Shown: positions 35,852-43,684 of the stretch, piece after piece | Numbering within the stretch: the stretch's first letter is position 1 | How the letters are laid out: every line of letters begins with the position of its first letter | NCBI GenBank assembly: GCA_963704475.1 | Contig: OY969900.1 | Span: 1,301,453 to 1,365,452 of the forward strand | Length of the DNA: 64,000 nt | DNA from: an uncultured Alphaproteobacteria bacterium | Lineage (GTDB): Bacteria; Pseudomonadota; Alphaproteobacteria; UBA9655 | Direction of reading: 5' to 3' | The notes under the pieces: generated by a model | Database searches by the model: none | Seen by the model: the letters and a program-made list of their open reading frames with translations, nothing else | What the model was told of the DNA's origin: nothing | Translations under genes and position numbers: made by a program

Positions 35852-38047
35852 ATGATGAAAAAAATTATATTTGCACTTGGAATGACAACCTGTTTAGAAA
35901 ACATCGTGTTAGCAGGCGCTGATTCAAATGCCCTTATGACCGCAGACTCTCTCCATAATCTAATTGCTCAGCAAGCAAAAAAAACAAAGAATATTCAACA
36001 CACCTCTTTTCGGACGGGGATACCCGCCTCGCAGGGGATATCCGCCTCGCACTTACTTGAGACGAGAGGAGAAATGCCAACAGAAAACTCTTCTCATAGA
36101 GCATACACGAATTTTGCACATACCACCTCAACCGTAACTCATAGTGACAGCAGAAGAGATACGCACAGTGATAATGATAAGCAACTTGTAGCTCCAGTTG
36201 TCACTTCTACAGCACAGTCTTCTGTCGTTCCAATGACGCATTCAAGTAGTTTTTCTTCATCTGAAACACATGTATCTGCTACGAAGCGGCATCCGTCTGC
36301 AGCGCAGAATGAGATTTTTTATGCTACGCAACTTAGCCCTACAGAGCAGATTTCTGCAGCACAGCCCTCTGTTGGCTCTACGCACTCACCTGATTTTAGT
36401 ACCAGCCACGTTTTAACATCAGCTGAGGGGGGGGTAATTCATCACGATGATAGCAATTCAAGGGGACGTATTACACGTCAGGACAGTTTTGGGACAACAC
36501 CATCAGAAGGTAGTCGAGCACAATCGAGTCCTTCAACGCCGAGGTCTAATAGGCCTCCCCTCGTTTCTTTTTTGAGGGGGAACGACAACGAACTACCATC
36601 TCCCACAAATGATAGAGGTGCTCCTCCTCCACAGAGAAGAAATACACTAGCGGGATTAGACTTAGCAGGTCTTCCAACTCATATGGGGTCTCGTACAGGG
36701 TCAGCAGTAGCCTCTGCGTTACAAACGCCTCGAGGTGGTACACCAGGTAGGGCCCCACAACGTGCTGATAGCAATGTTAGTAGTATTAGTACATGGACAT
36801 CAGTGTCATCAGCGGCAGCAATGTCATCAGCGGTAAGTATCAAAGAGGAGTTCGTGGTAGACCCAAGAAGAGGCCAACCACGAACCCCTGCGGGAGCTGC
36901 TGTTGTAGCGAGTGACAGCACAACCCCCTCCTCCTGGGCATTTGTTGGTGAGGAGCACGAAGGACAAATAAGCGGCGCAGCTAAGGGGCGGAAAGATGAT
37001 TCTGATACAGATGATGCTCCTCCTCCTGGCGCTCCTCCTGAACGCAGAAGTACACTGCGACAAGAAGACCTAGCAAAACCAGGAGGAGGTCCTGGTGGTT
37101 TTTTGCGTTCTATCGCACAATGGTGGAACTCTACTGCTAACGACCATTCTGCTGATGGGGCAGTTGCTTCTGGTGGAGGACTTTCTGTTTTCGCTGGGGG
37201 AAATCCTGTTGCTGCTGGGAGAGGTCATGCCGGTATGGCATCTTCTTCAGGAAATGGCCAGTCGAATGCAGCTCCTGTTGTTGCGGCTTCTTCCCCTGCT
37301 CATGCTGTTGCTAGTACCCCTGATCTAGAGGGTTGGTCCGATTTGGAATCGGGTGGAAAAACTCCTCCTTTATTTAATAAAAGAGACGACGGAGCAGATC
37401 CTCTTCCTGATTCCGGTGGTTTTGTTGGTGGAAATCTTTTTGCGAATGGGGGCGCGGCTCGAGATGATTCGGGGACTCCAAGCGGTTGGAGCAGTAGTAG
37501 TATGGCAGATAACACGGGTGGAGCAGGAATAGCAGACGCAGGAAATGATTCTAGTGGCGGTGGAGCAGGAGGAGATTCTGGCAGTGGTTCTGATGGAGGT
37601 GGTAGCGGCGGTGGAGCTGCCGGAGGAAGTGACGCTGGTGGTAGCAGTGGTGGAGCAGGTGGGGGGAATGATGGAGGTGGTAACGGCGGTGGAGCCGGTG
37701 GAGGAAATGATGGTGGTGGTAACGGCTCTGGGGGCGGCTCAGGGGGTGGTTCTGATGGAGGTGGTAGCGGCGGTGGAGCCGGAGATTCTGGCGGCGGTGG
37801 AGCAGGTGGAGGAAATGATGGTGGTGGTAACGGCGCTGGGGGCGGCTCAGGGGGTGGTTCCGATGGAGGTGGCGCCGGCAGCGGTGGAGCAGGTGGGGGG
37901 AATGATGGAGGTGGCGCCGGCAGCGGTGGAGCCGGAGGAAATGATTCCGGTGGTGGTGGAGCTCCAGGAGATGGCGCCGGTGGTGGAGCACCAGGAGGAG
38001 ATGCTGCTGGTAATAATAACAAAGATGGTGGTTGCGCTATAGCGTAG
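35852..38047 (+). CDS. hypothetical secreted, disordered Ser/Thr/Pro- then Gly-rich protein ending in the CaaX box CAIA
   Basis: 731 aa with a GGAG RBS and a signal-like N-terminus MMKKIIFALGMTTCLENIVLAGA. About 190 C-terminal residues are G/N/D/S/A repeats. The last codons are TGC GCT ATA GCG TAG (38033-38047). Confidence 0.6.
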   Translation: MMKKIIFALGMTTCLENIVLAGADSNALMTADSLHNLIAQQAKKTKNIQHTSFRTGIPASQGISASHLLETRGEMPTENSSHRAYTNFAHTTSTVTHSDSRRDTHSDNDKQLVAPVVTSTAQSSVVPMTHSSSFSSSETHVSATKRHPSAAQNEIFYATQLSPTEQISAAQPSVGSTHSPDFSTSHVLTSAEGGVIHHDDSNSRGRITRQDSFGTTPSEGSRAQSSPSTPRSNRPPLVSFLRGNDNELPSPTNDRGAPPPQRRNTLAGLDLAGLPTHMGSRTGSAVASALQTPRGGTPGRAPQRADSNVSSISTWTSVSSAAAMSSAVSIKEEFVVDPRRGQPRTPAGAAVVASDSTTPSSWAFVGEEHEGQISGAAKGRKDDSDTDDAPPPGAPPERRSTLRQEDLAKPGGGPGGFLRSIAQWWNSTANDHSADGAVASGGGLSVFAGGNPVAAGRGHAGMASSSGNGQSNAAPVVAASSPAHAVASTPDLEGWSDLESGGKTPPLFNKRDDGADPLPDSGGFVGGNLFANGGAARDDSGTPSGWSSSSMADNTGGAGIADAGNDSSGGGAGGDSGSGSDGGGSGGGAAGGSDAGGSSGGAGGGNDGGGNGGGAGGGNDGGGNGSGGGSGGGSDGGGSGGGAGDSGGGGAGGGNDGGGNGAGGGSGGGSDGGGAGSGGAGGGNDGGGAGSGGAGGNDSGGGGAPGDGAGGGAPGGDAAGNNNKDGGCAIA
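37540..38010 (+). repeat. imperfect in-frame tandem repeats encoding GGGNDGGGNGxGGGSGGGSDGGG-type units
   Basis: ggaaatgatggtggtggtaacggc[tc/gc]tgggggcggctcagggggtggttc[t/c]gatggaggtgg occurs twice about 108 nt apart (about 37703 and 37811), with shorter ggtgg/ggagg sub-repeats throughout. Confidence 0.8.
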
Positions 38048-38053
38048 GCACTC

Positions 38054-38605
38054 TCATCCACCCCGCTGTTCGAGGGTAAGGAGCTGAGCTTTGCGCTCTA
38101 CTCCTCCCCCATAGCCACCTAAAGCGCCATTCGTATTGATGACGCGGTGGCAAGGGATCAGAATGGCTATCTGATTTGCACCATTTGCATTGGCAACGGC
38201 TCTATAAGCTGAGGGTTTTTCAATTCTTGCAGCAATGTCAGCATAAGAGCACGTTTGACCATAAGGAATTTTTCGGAGTTCTGCCCACACACGCATCTGA
38301 AAGGGAGTTCCAAAAGACAAGAAAGGAGTAAAGAATTCTTGTAATTTTCCGTCAAAATATTGGGTTAATTCAGCCTCAATAGAGCGAATGGGCTCTGCGA
38401 TCCCTGGAACAATGGTTGATTTTGTTTTGTGCTTTAAACGCTCAATTCCCCGCTCCAACCCGCGGCGACCCGCAAATTCTAGAAGATAAAGGGCGTCCTT
38501 ATCCCCAATCGCAATCATCGGCCCAAATTTTGTGTTCAACTGCGAGATGTTAAGAACATGACCTGGGTTCTCTAAATGCGTGGATGCTAAGATACGAGAA
38601 ATCAT
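38054..38605 (-). CDS. ogt: methylated-DNA--protein-cysteine methyltransferase
   Basis: PCHRVINTNGALGGYGGG active-site motif. The ATG at 38605 overlaps the HIT gene stop (TAATG). The ORF track begins at 38644. Confidence 0.85.
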   Translation of the reverse strand: MISRILASTHLENPGHVLNISQLNTKFGPMIAIGDKDALYLLEFAGRRGLERGIERLKHKTKSTIVPGIAEPIRSIEAELTQYFDGKLQEFFTPFLSFGTPFQMRVWAELRKIPYGQTCSYADIAARIEKPSAYRAVANANGANQIAILIPCHRVINTNGALGGYGGGVERKAQLLTLEQRGG

Positions 38606-39036
38606 TATTTTTTGCCTTTCATTGGATTGGACTTCAACAAACAAAAAGTATTTTTAAGATCAGAAATGCGTTTACTCTTCATTTTTGGATCATACACAGC
38701 GCTTATGCCACTGTTCCAAATGGGATTTGGCCAAGCTTTGTCATGATTATACCGCCCAACAATATGCACATGAAGTTGAGGCACAATATTGCCAAGACTT
38801 GCAACGTTAAGTTTTGTGGGTTGAAAAAGATGGCGCATTACGTGGCAGCTCAAGACAATTTCTTGCATAAGTACCTGTTGGTCGCTTTCGCTTAACTCTA
38901 GGATTTCAGAAATTCCTTCATGGTGAGGGATCAGAAAAATCCACGGAAACGCTGCATTATGAGAAAGGCGCACGTGGGATAGCTCTAAGTCTATAATAAA
39001 TGTGGAGTCAGATTCAAGACGGGGATCAAGGATCAA
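38605..39036 (-). CDS. HIT (histidine triad) family protein
   Basis: 143 aa with the histidine triad QLHVHIVGRY. Confidence 0.85.
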   Translation of the reverse strand: MILDPRLESDSTFIIDLELSHVRLSHNAAFPWIFLIPHHEGISEILELSESDQQVLMQEIVLSCHVMRHLFQPTKLNVASLGNIVPQLHVHIVGRYNHDKAWPNPIWNSGISAVYDPKMKSKRISDLKNTFCLLKSNPMKGKK

Positions 39037-39084
39037 GGAGAATCTCCATTATTGTTTTCTTTTGAGGAAATTGTAAAATTAGTC

Positions 39085-39214
39085 CCTCGGTTTGTCATCC
39101 TCGATCGAGGATTTCTTAGCAACACCTTGGAGCCCAACCAAGATCCTCGATCAAGAAGCTCTACGATTTTCTTTGAAAATCAAGAACTTCTAAGTCGATG
39201 ATGACAACTGAGGG
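39085..39214. repeat. MITE-like inverted-repeat element (family 3-like)
   Basis: ccctcggtttgtcatcctcgatcgaggat at the left end pairs with cgatgatgacaactgaggg at the right end. Internal gatcctcgatcaag motifs resemble those in 46430-46594. Confidence 0.6.
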
Positions 39215-39305
39215 TTAAAACCTACATACTGCGTCTCTCTTCATAAAATGTTAACCTTTTTCATGATATCACTCGCCTATGTACAGAAACAACGAGAGAA
39301 TTGTC

Positions 39306-39584
39306 ATGAAATATTTTTACCTCTTTATAGGCTTTATCCTATGTATGGGCCCTCTTAAGGCGGTGGATCTTTCTTCCTGCCATCAAAACTGTTTTAAAAA
39401 CAAATTAATCTGTAATCAGCAATACGGCCATACGGTAAATTCTTGCGACAAGCATCTCATGGCGTGCAAGGGAAGCTGTAACAGTGGAAAACCCCAGAAT
39501 GCCTATTATAATCCTTCTCTTAAAGTTGCTTTTAATCCAATCCTTGAAGGGAAGGACGTGTTGAAAAAAGTTCTAGGCGGGTAA
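39306..39584 (+). CDS. hypothetical small secreted Cys-rich protein
   Basis: MKYFYLFIGFILCMGPLKA signal peptide and 6 Cys in the mature part. The RBS is weak, and the 3-prime end overlaps the convergent DMT gene by about 50 nt. Confidence 0.4.
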   Translation: MKYFYLFIGFILCMGPLKAVDLSSCHQNCFKNKLICNQQYGHTVNSCDKHLMACKGSCNSGKPQNAYYNPSLKVAFNPILEGKDVLKKVLGG

Positions 39585-40443
39585 GTTTATAGGTTGCGCC
39601 CATAATCATGAGGCTTCCCACAAGGGTCCAGAAAGTGGGAACTTCTCCAAAAATAAGATATCCAACCGGAATGGCAAAACACATCCGCGTGTATTCAAAC
39701 GGCGCAAGATAAGATGGGTTTGCATATTTTAAGGCCGTTACAGAACAATATTGAGAGATAACCCCGACAACTCCCACAGCCATGAGCACTATAAGATCAT
39801 GCGATGATGGCGTTTGCCATACGCTGAAGGCAACCAAGCCTGCAATGAGCGTTGTGACCGTATTGGCATACAACATAATCGTTAGTGTACTTTCTGTGCG
39901 CGAGAGCATCTTCACACAAATAATGGACAAGGCCGCAAAAAGATTGGCTAAAAGCTCAACCCATACTCCGAGTGCAATCGACACGTCATGGGGTTGAGTC
40001 ATCACAAGGACTCCCAAATAGCCGCACACAATCGCTCCCCACTTTTGATACGAAATGGATTCCCTTAAAAATATCATGGCTAGAACTGTTGTAAAAAGCG
40101 GCCCCGTCATGCCAATAGAGGTTGCAAGGGCAAGGGGGAGGTGACGGTAAGCGTAATAAGCGCACGCCATAGACGTTCCCACACATATAACGCGCGTGAG
40201 GTGGAGAAGAGGCCGGGATGTTGTAAATCCTTTTAATCCGGCAGATAGAAGAAAGGGACTAAAGAAAACCAACCCGAAAAAATAGCGCATAAACAAAATA
40301 ATAAGGCTATTGATGTCGGGGGAGAGGGTTTTTGCCAGGCTCATCGCTGTGCTAAAGCTCAAGGCCCACAGGAGCATAAACCCTGCTCCTATTAGCTTAG
40401 GAGATCTAAAGCTCTCTATGAGAAGACGACGAATAGCTTCCAT
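39532..40443 (-). CDS. DMT superfamily (EamA-type) transporter
   Basis: About 300 aa, 10 TM, two EamA-like halves. The first 28 codons of the ORF-track frame (to 40527) run into a family 2 repeat arm, so the ATG at 40443 (MEAIRRLL) is preferred. Confidence 0.78.
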   Translation of the reverse strand: MEAIRRLLIESFRSPKLIGAGFMLLWALSFSTAMSLAKTLSPDINSLIILFMRYFFGLVFFSPFLLSAGLKGFTTSRPLLHLTRVICVGTSMACAYYAYRHLPLALATSIGMTGPLFTTVLAMIFLRESISYQKWGAIVCGYLGVLVMTQPHDVSIALGVWVELLANLFAALSIICVKMLSRTESTLTIMLYANTVTTLIAGLVAFSVWQTPSSHDLIVLMAVGVVGVISQYCSVTALKYANPSYLAPFEYTRMCFAIPVGYLIFGEVPTFWTLVGSLMIMGATYKLTRLELFSTRPSLQGLD

Positions 40444-40493
40444 TATATCCTCCCTGTAGAGACAACCCGTAAATAGAAAATCATAAGCCGCGT

Positions 40494-40674
40494 CGTCATT
40501 GCGAGGAGCGCTTGCGCGACGAAACAACCCAGTTAAAAAACTATTCCAAAGGAATACATCTTTTTTAAGTGAGCGGTCTGAGAACTTGTCTTAGACTAAA
40601 ACCGTTGTATGTCCCCCGGACATACGTTGTTGCACTGGGTTGCTTCGTCGCGCAAGCGCTCCTCGCAATGACGA
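40494..40674. repeat. MITE-like element with family 2 terminal inverted repeats
   Basis: cgtcattgcgaggagcgcttgcgcgacgaaacaacccag ... ctgggttgcttcgtcgcgcaagcgctcctcgcaatgacg flank about 100 bp. Confidence 0.85.
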
Positions 40675-40676
40675 AC

Positions 40677-41879
40677 TTACCTCTCCAGCACTGCCTCGTC
40701 TACACTTTGAAACGCTTTGAGGCGTCCACACAGCTTGTCTATCAAAATGGCAAAGGCACCATTGGACAAAACGTTCGACACGGTAATAAAAGGATCGCAT
40801 AAGATATAAAGAGTTGTGAGAAGGCCCCCCATCGCATTTGTAAGTCCAAAATGACTTTCTAAAATAGGAAGCAACACAATTACCTCTCCGCCTGGAACTG
40901 AGGCCACGCCATACTTTGCAACCACATAATACATCGAAAGAAGCAAAAAAGTTGAATAGCTCATCGCATCAAAACCATTGATGGCATAAACGGCTGCGAT
41001 CAAAATAGGAACTCCGACAGAGTCTCCCACATGATGAATGTTGGTTGTGGCCGGGATGACAAGCTGGGCTATCGATTTATTTTTTGTATTTTTTTCTGCA
41101 GCTTCCAACGTCAACGGCATGGTTGCTGCACTTGACATCGTGGAAAGTGCTACAAGGCCTGATGGGAACACATTCCTTAAAGATGTTTTTATATCTTGGA
41201 TATTCCAATAATTAGCTTTGATATAAAAAAGTAAGGTTGTTACAGCTTGCAGCACTATAACAAGTCCAATCACAGGACCGTACCCTGCAAACATCTCGAT
41301 TAAAGAGTCATCATGCTGAATCTTAAATAAGAATCCAATGACATAGAGTGGGACAAGGGGAATAAAGATCTTGGTTAACCCTGCCTGAACATTGTTTTTT
41401 AAGATATTTCCCCACATGCTAAGCTTTTCATTCCCCCAAAAAGCTCCATAAAGTCCGACGAGAGTCCCCAAAAGTAAAGCCATATCTGTTGTAATAAGGC
41501 GGGGATAAGGAATCACAAAGAAAGGCTCAAGGTGAGGCAAAACATTTGCTGTTTGCTGAATCGCATTCGCTGCATGATAGCCCATCAGCGGCAATACAAA
41601 ATCCCCTGTAAAATATCCCAGTTGGAGGCAGACAAAGTTTGATGTCGTCACAAGACCTAAGATTATGACAATGAGAAGGGGCGCCTTCTTTTGAAAGGAA
41701 GAAAGGCATGAAAAAATAAAAGAAAATACGATAAGAGGCATACAAAAGACAAGCGTGTCTTTCATGATAATACTGATTGTAAAAAAGGCACGTTGCACCT
41801 CTTCGGGAATAAGACCTCCAAAAAGAATAATTAAAGGAATTGCAATCCCTATTTTAATAATCAGACCAAATTCTTTCAT
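40677..41879 (-). CDS. dicarboxylate/amino acid:cation symporter (DAACS family)
   Basis: 400-aa polytopic protein with the SSAATMPLT reentrant-loop motif typical of GltP/DctA-type carriers. Confidence 0.82.
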   Translation of the reverse strand: MKEFGLIIKIGIAIPLIILFGGLIPEEVQRAFFTISIIMKDTLVFCMPLIVFSFIFSCLSSFQKKAPLLIVIILGLVTTSNFVCLQLGYFTGDFVLPLMGYHAANAIQQTANVLPHLEPFFVIPYPRLITTDMALLLGTLVGLYGAFWGNEKLSMWGNILKNNVQAGLTKIFIPLVPLYVIGFLFKIQHDDSLIEMFAGYGPVIGLVIVLQAVTTLLFYIKANYWNIQDIKTSLRNVFPSGLVALSTMSSAATMPLTLEAAEKNTKNKSIAQLVIPATTNIHHVGDSVGVPILIAAVYAINGFDAMSYSTFLLLSMYYVVAKYGVASVPGGEVIVLLPILESHFGLTNAMGGLLTTLYILCDPFITVSNVLSNGAFAILIDKLCGRLKAFQSVDEAVLER

Positions 41880-41984
41880 AAGTCCATTTTCCTCTTAAAA
41901 GTTGTAGCTTGTCTTTTTCTTTCTTTTTAGCGTATATATCATAGATTAAAAAAAATAAAACAGTCTTAATTAGGAGATAGGAAC

Positions 41985-42119
41985 GTGAAGCGCACTTTTC
42001 AACCCAGTAATCTTATCCGTAAACGTCGCCATGGCTTTCGTGCACGTATGGCTACCGTTTCAGGACGTAAAGTCATTGCCCGTCGCCGTGCAAAAGGACG
42101 TCATCGTCTTAGTGCCTGA
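41985..42119 (+). CDS. rpmH: 50S ribosomal protein L34
   Basis: Not in the ORF track. Manual translation from the GTG at 41985 gives [44 protein letters not shown], preceded by an AGGAGA RBS. Confidence 0.92.
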   Translation: MKRTFQPSNLIRKRRHGFRARMATVSGRKVIARRRAKGRHRLSA

Positions 42120-42453
42120 CCTCTCCCTAGAAAAGCTGACAAAGCGCTCAGAGTTTTTAGCTGTTGCAAAGGCAGGGCTCAAGTCGGTAACACCTGCCTT
42201 TATTGTTCAAGCCCATAAGCGATCTTCTGAAGAAAGCAGTCGTTATGGCATCACAGCTAGCCGAAAAGTAGGGAACGCAGTGAAGCGCAACCGCGCAAAA
42301 AGACGCCTTAGAGCTTTAATAAGGCAGACTTTTCAGCTAAAAAATAAACCAGGCACAGATTATGTTCTGATCGCGCGTGCAGAAGTATTGCGGCGTAATT
42401 TTGCTCTCATGGCTCAAGAACTTGAGATCGCCTTGAAGCGATTAAACAGTTAA
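42112..42453 (+). CDS. rnpA: ribonuclease P protein component
   Basis: [10 protein letters not shown]...[23 protein letters not shown] motif. The only plausible start is the GTG at 42112, which overlaps the rpmH stop. The ORF-track start at 42031 lies inside rpmH. Confidence 0.78.
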   Translation: MPDLSLEKLTKRSEFLAVAKAGLKSVTPAFIVQAHKRSSEESSRYGITASRKVGNAVKRNRAKRRLRALIRQTFQLKNKPGTDYVLIARAEVLRRNFALMAQELEIALKRLNS

Positions 42454-42517
42454 ACACCTTGCCTCTCCTCCGCAGAATAATATATTCTGTCCTATGAAAA
42501 AGGGAGGGACGGAGGAC

Positions 42518-43450
42518 ATGATCACAAAATTTTTAGACCCAAAAAATGACCTTGCGTTTAAACGGATTTTTGGCACAGAACGAAACAAAGACATTCTGAT
42601 CCATTTTCTTAATGATATGTACGGGCGCACAACCAATCCTATAGAGGACGTCACTTTTTTGAAGACGAATCTTGATCCGAAGATTGCTTCACAGCGAGAG
42701 AGTATTGTCGATGTTTTATGTCGCGATACCTTAGGCGAGCATTTCATTATTGAGATGCAGGTGTCGGATGAGCCTGGCTTTGTTAAGCGTGCCCAACATT
42801 ATGCCGCCAAAGCCTACATTGAGCAGCGGGATAAAGGGATTGGCTATAAGGATCTAAAATCAGTTACATTTATGGCCATTACAAGCTATATCCTCTTCCC
42901 CGATAAAGCTGATTATTTGTCCCATCATCAGGTGCGGGATGTAGCAACAAACGAGCATGATCTTAAAGATTTTTCGTTTACTTTTTTGGAGCTTCCAAAA
43001 TTTAAGCTTACAAAAGACCAGCTCACAACGATGACACAAAAATGGGCGTATTTTTTCAAAAACGCGAAGGAAACCCACGAGGCAGAGGTGGAAGCCATTG
43101 TTGGCGCAGATCTCATCCTCAAACGGGCGTATGAAGAACTCAACCGATTTGGGTGGTCGCAAGAGGAGCTCCGTGGCTATGACTCTGTGGATATGAAAAG
43201 AGAATCTGACAAAGCTTGCCTCTGGGGCGCTGAAGAAAAAGGCTTGCAAAAAGGCCTTGCGCGGGGACGGAAGGAAGGAAAAAAAGAGGGAATTAAAGAG
43301 GGGATCGCAAAAGGGATGGAAAAGGGTATGGAAAAGGGCAGAAAAGAAATTGCTAAGGCACTGCTGAAAAATGGCATGGATGTCGAAGAAGTGGCTAAAA
43401 TAACTTCTCTTCCCTTGGAAACGATTGAGCTGTTGAAGATAGAACAATAA
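42518..43450 (+). CDS. Rpn-family recombination-promoting nuclease / PD-(D/E)XK putative transposase
   Basis: LDPKNDLAFKRIFG N-terminus, IVDVLCRD...FIIEMQV nuclease core, and a Lys/Glu/Gly-rich C-terminal repeat followed by an LPLETIELLK helix, as in TIGR01784/PF12784 proteins. The ORF track begins at 42494. Confidence 0.8.
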   Translation: MITKFLDPKNDLAFKRIFGTERNKDILIHFLNDMYGRTTNPIEDVTFLKTNLDPKIASQRESIVDVLCRDTLGEHFIIEMQVSDEPGFVKRAQHYAAKAYIEQRDKGIGYKDLKSVTFMAITSYILFPDKADYLSHHQVRDVATNEHDLKDFSFTFLELPKFKLTKDQLTTMTQKWAYFFKNAKETHEAEVEAIVGADLILKRAYEELNRFGWSQEELRGYDSVDMKRESDKACLWGAEEKGLQKGLARGRKEGKKEGIKEGIAKGMEKGMEKGRKEIAKALLKNGMDVEEVAKITSLPLETIELLKIEQ

Positions 43451-43684
43451 ATGCGATTTTTTGTAGGCATCCTTTTAAAGTCCCTTATTTACATCTATCG
43501 CTTTTTTATTTCTCCTCTTCTCCCACCCCGGTGTCGGTTTTTGCCAACATGCTCTGTGTATGCTCTTGACGCGCTAACGCGTTATGGTCCATATCGGGGA
43601 AGTATTTTAGCGTTAAAAAGGCTTTGCCGCTGTCATCCTTGGGGAGGACATGGCTTTGATCCGGTTAAAGAAGAGGAACCATGA
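43451..43684 (+). CDS. yidD: membrane protein insertion efficiency factor YidD
   Basis: 77 aa. [23 protein letters not shown]...YG and [11 protein letters not shown] motifs. Confidence 0.88.
   Translation: MRFFVGILLKSLIYIYRFFISPLLPPRCRFLPTCSVYALDALTRYGPYRGSILALKRLCRCHPWGGHGFDPVKEEEP

Noticed and set aside
31890-38047. The idea that tRNA-Arg(CCG) marks the integration site of an island carrying vgrG and the CaaX gene.
   Set aside because: The tRNA is on the minus strand, so its 3-prime end (31890) faces gdhZ and not the vgrG side. I saw no direct repeat of the tRNA end, and no integrase gene is present.
37300-38061. A 253-aa Pro-rich ORF (PPPAPPLPAPPPSFPP...) on the minus strand, together with ORFs 37545-38042 (+) and 37551-37991 (-).
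   Set aside because: These are mirror or shifted-frame readings of the GGN-rich repeat of the 731-aa gene. GGN repeats give NCC (Pro/Ala/Ser) codons on the opposite strand and stop-free frames. They have no independent start context, and the sense gene has the RBS, the signal peptide and continuity with 1.7 kb of upstream coding sequence.
42860-43470. Minus-strand ORFs of 195 and 97 aa antisense to the Rpn gene.
   Set aside because: These are shadow ORFs of the AAR/GAR-rich (Lys/Glu/Gly) repeat region. The sense frame has clear family motifs.
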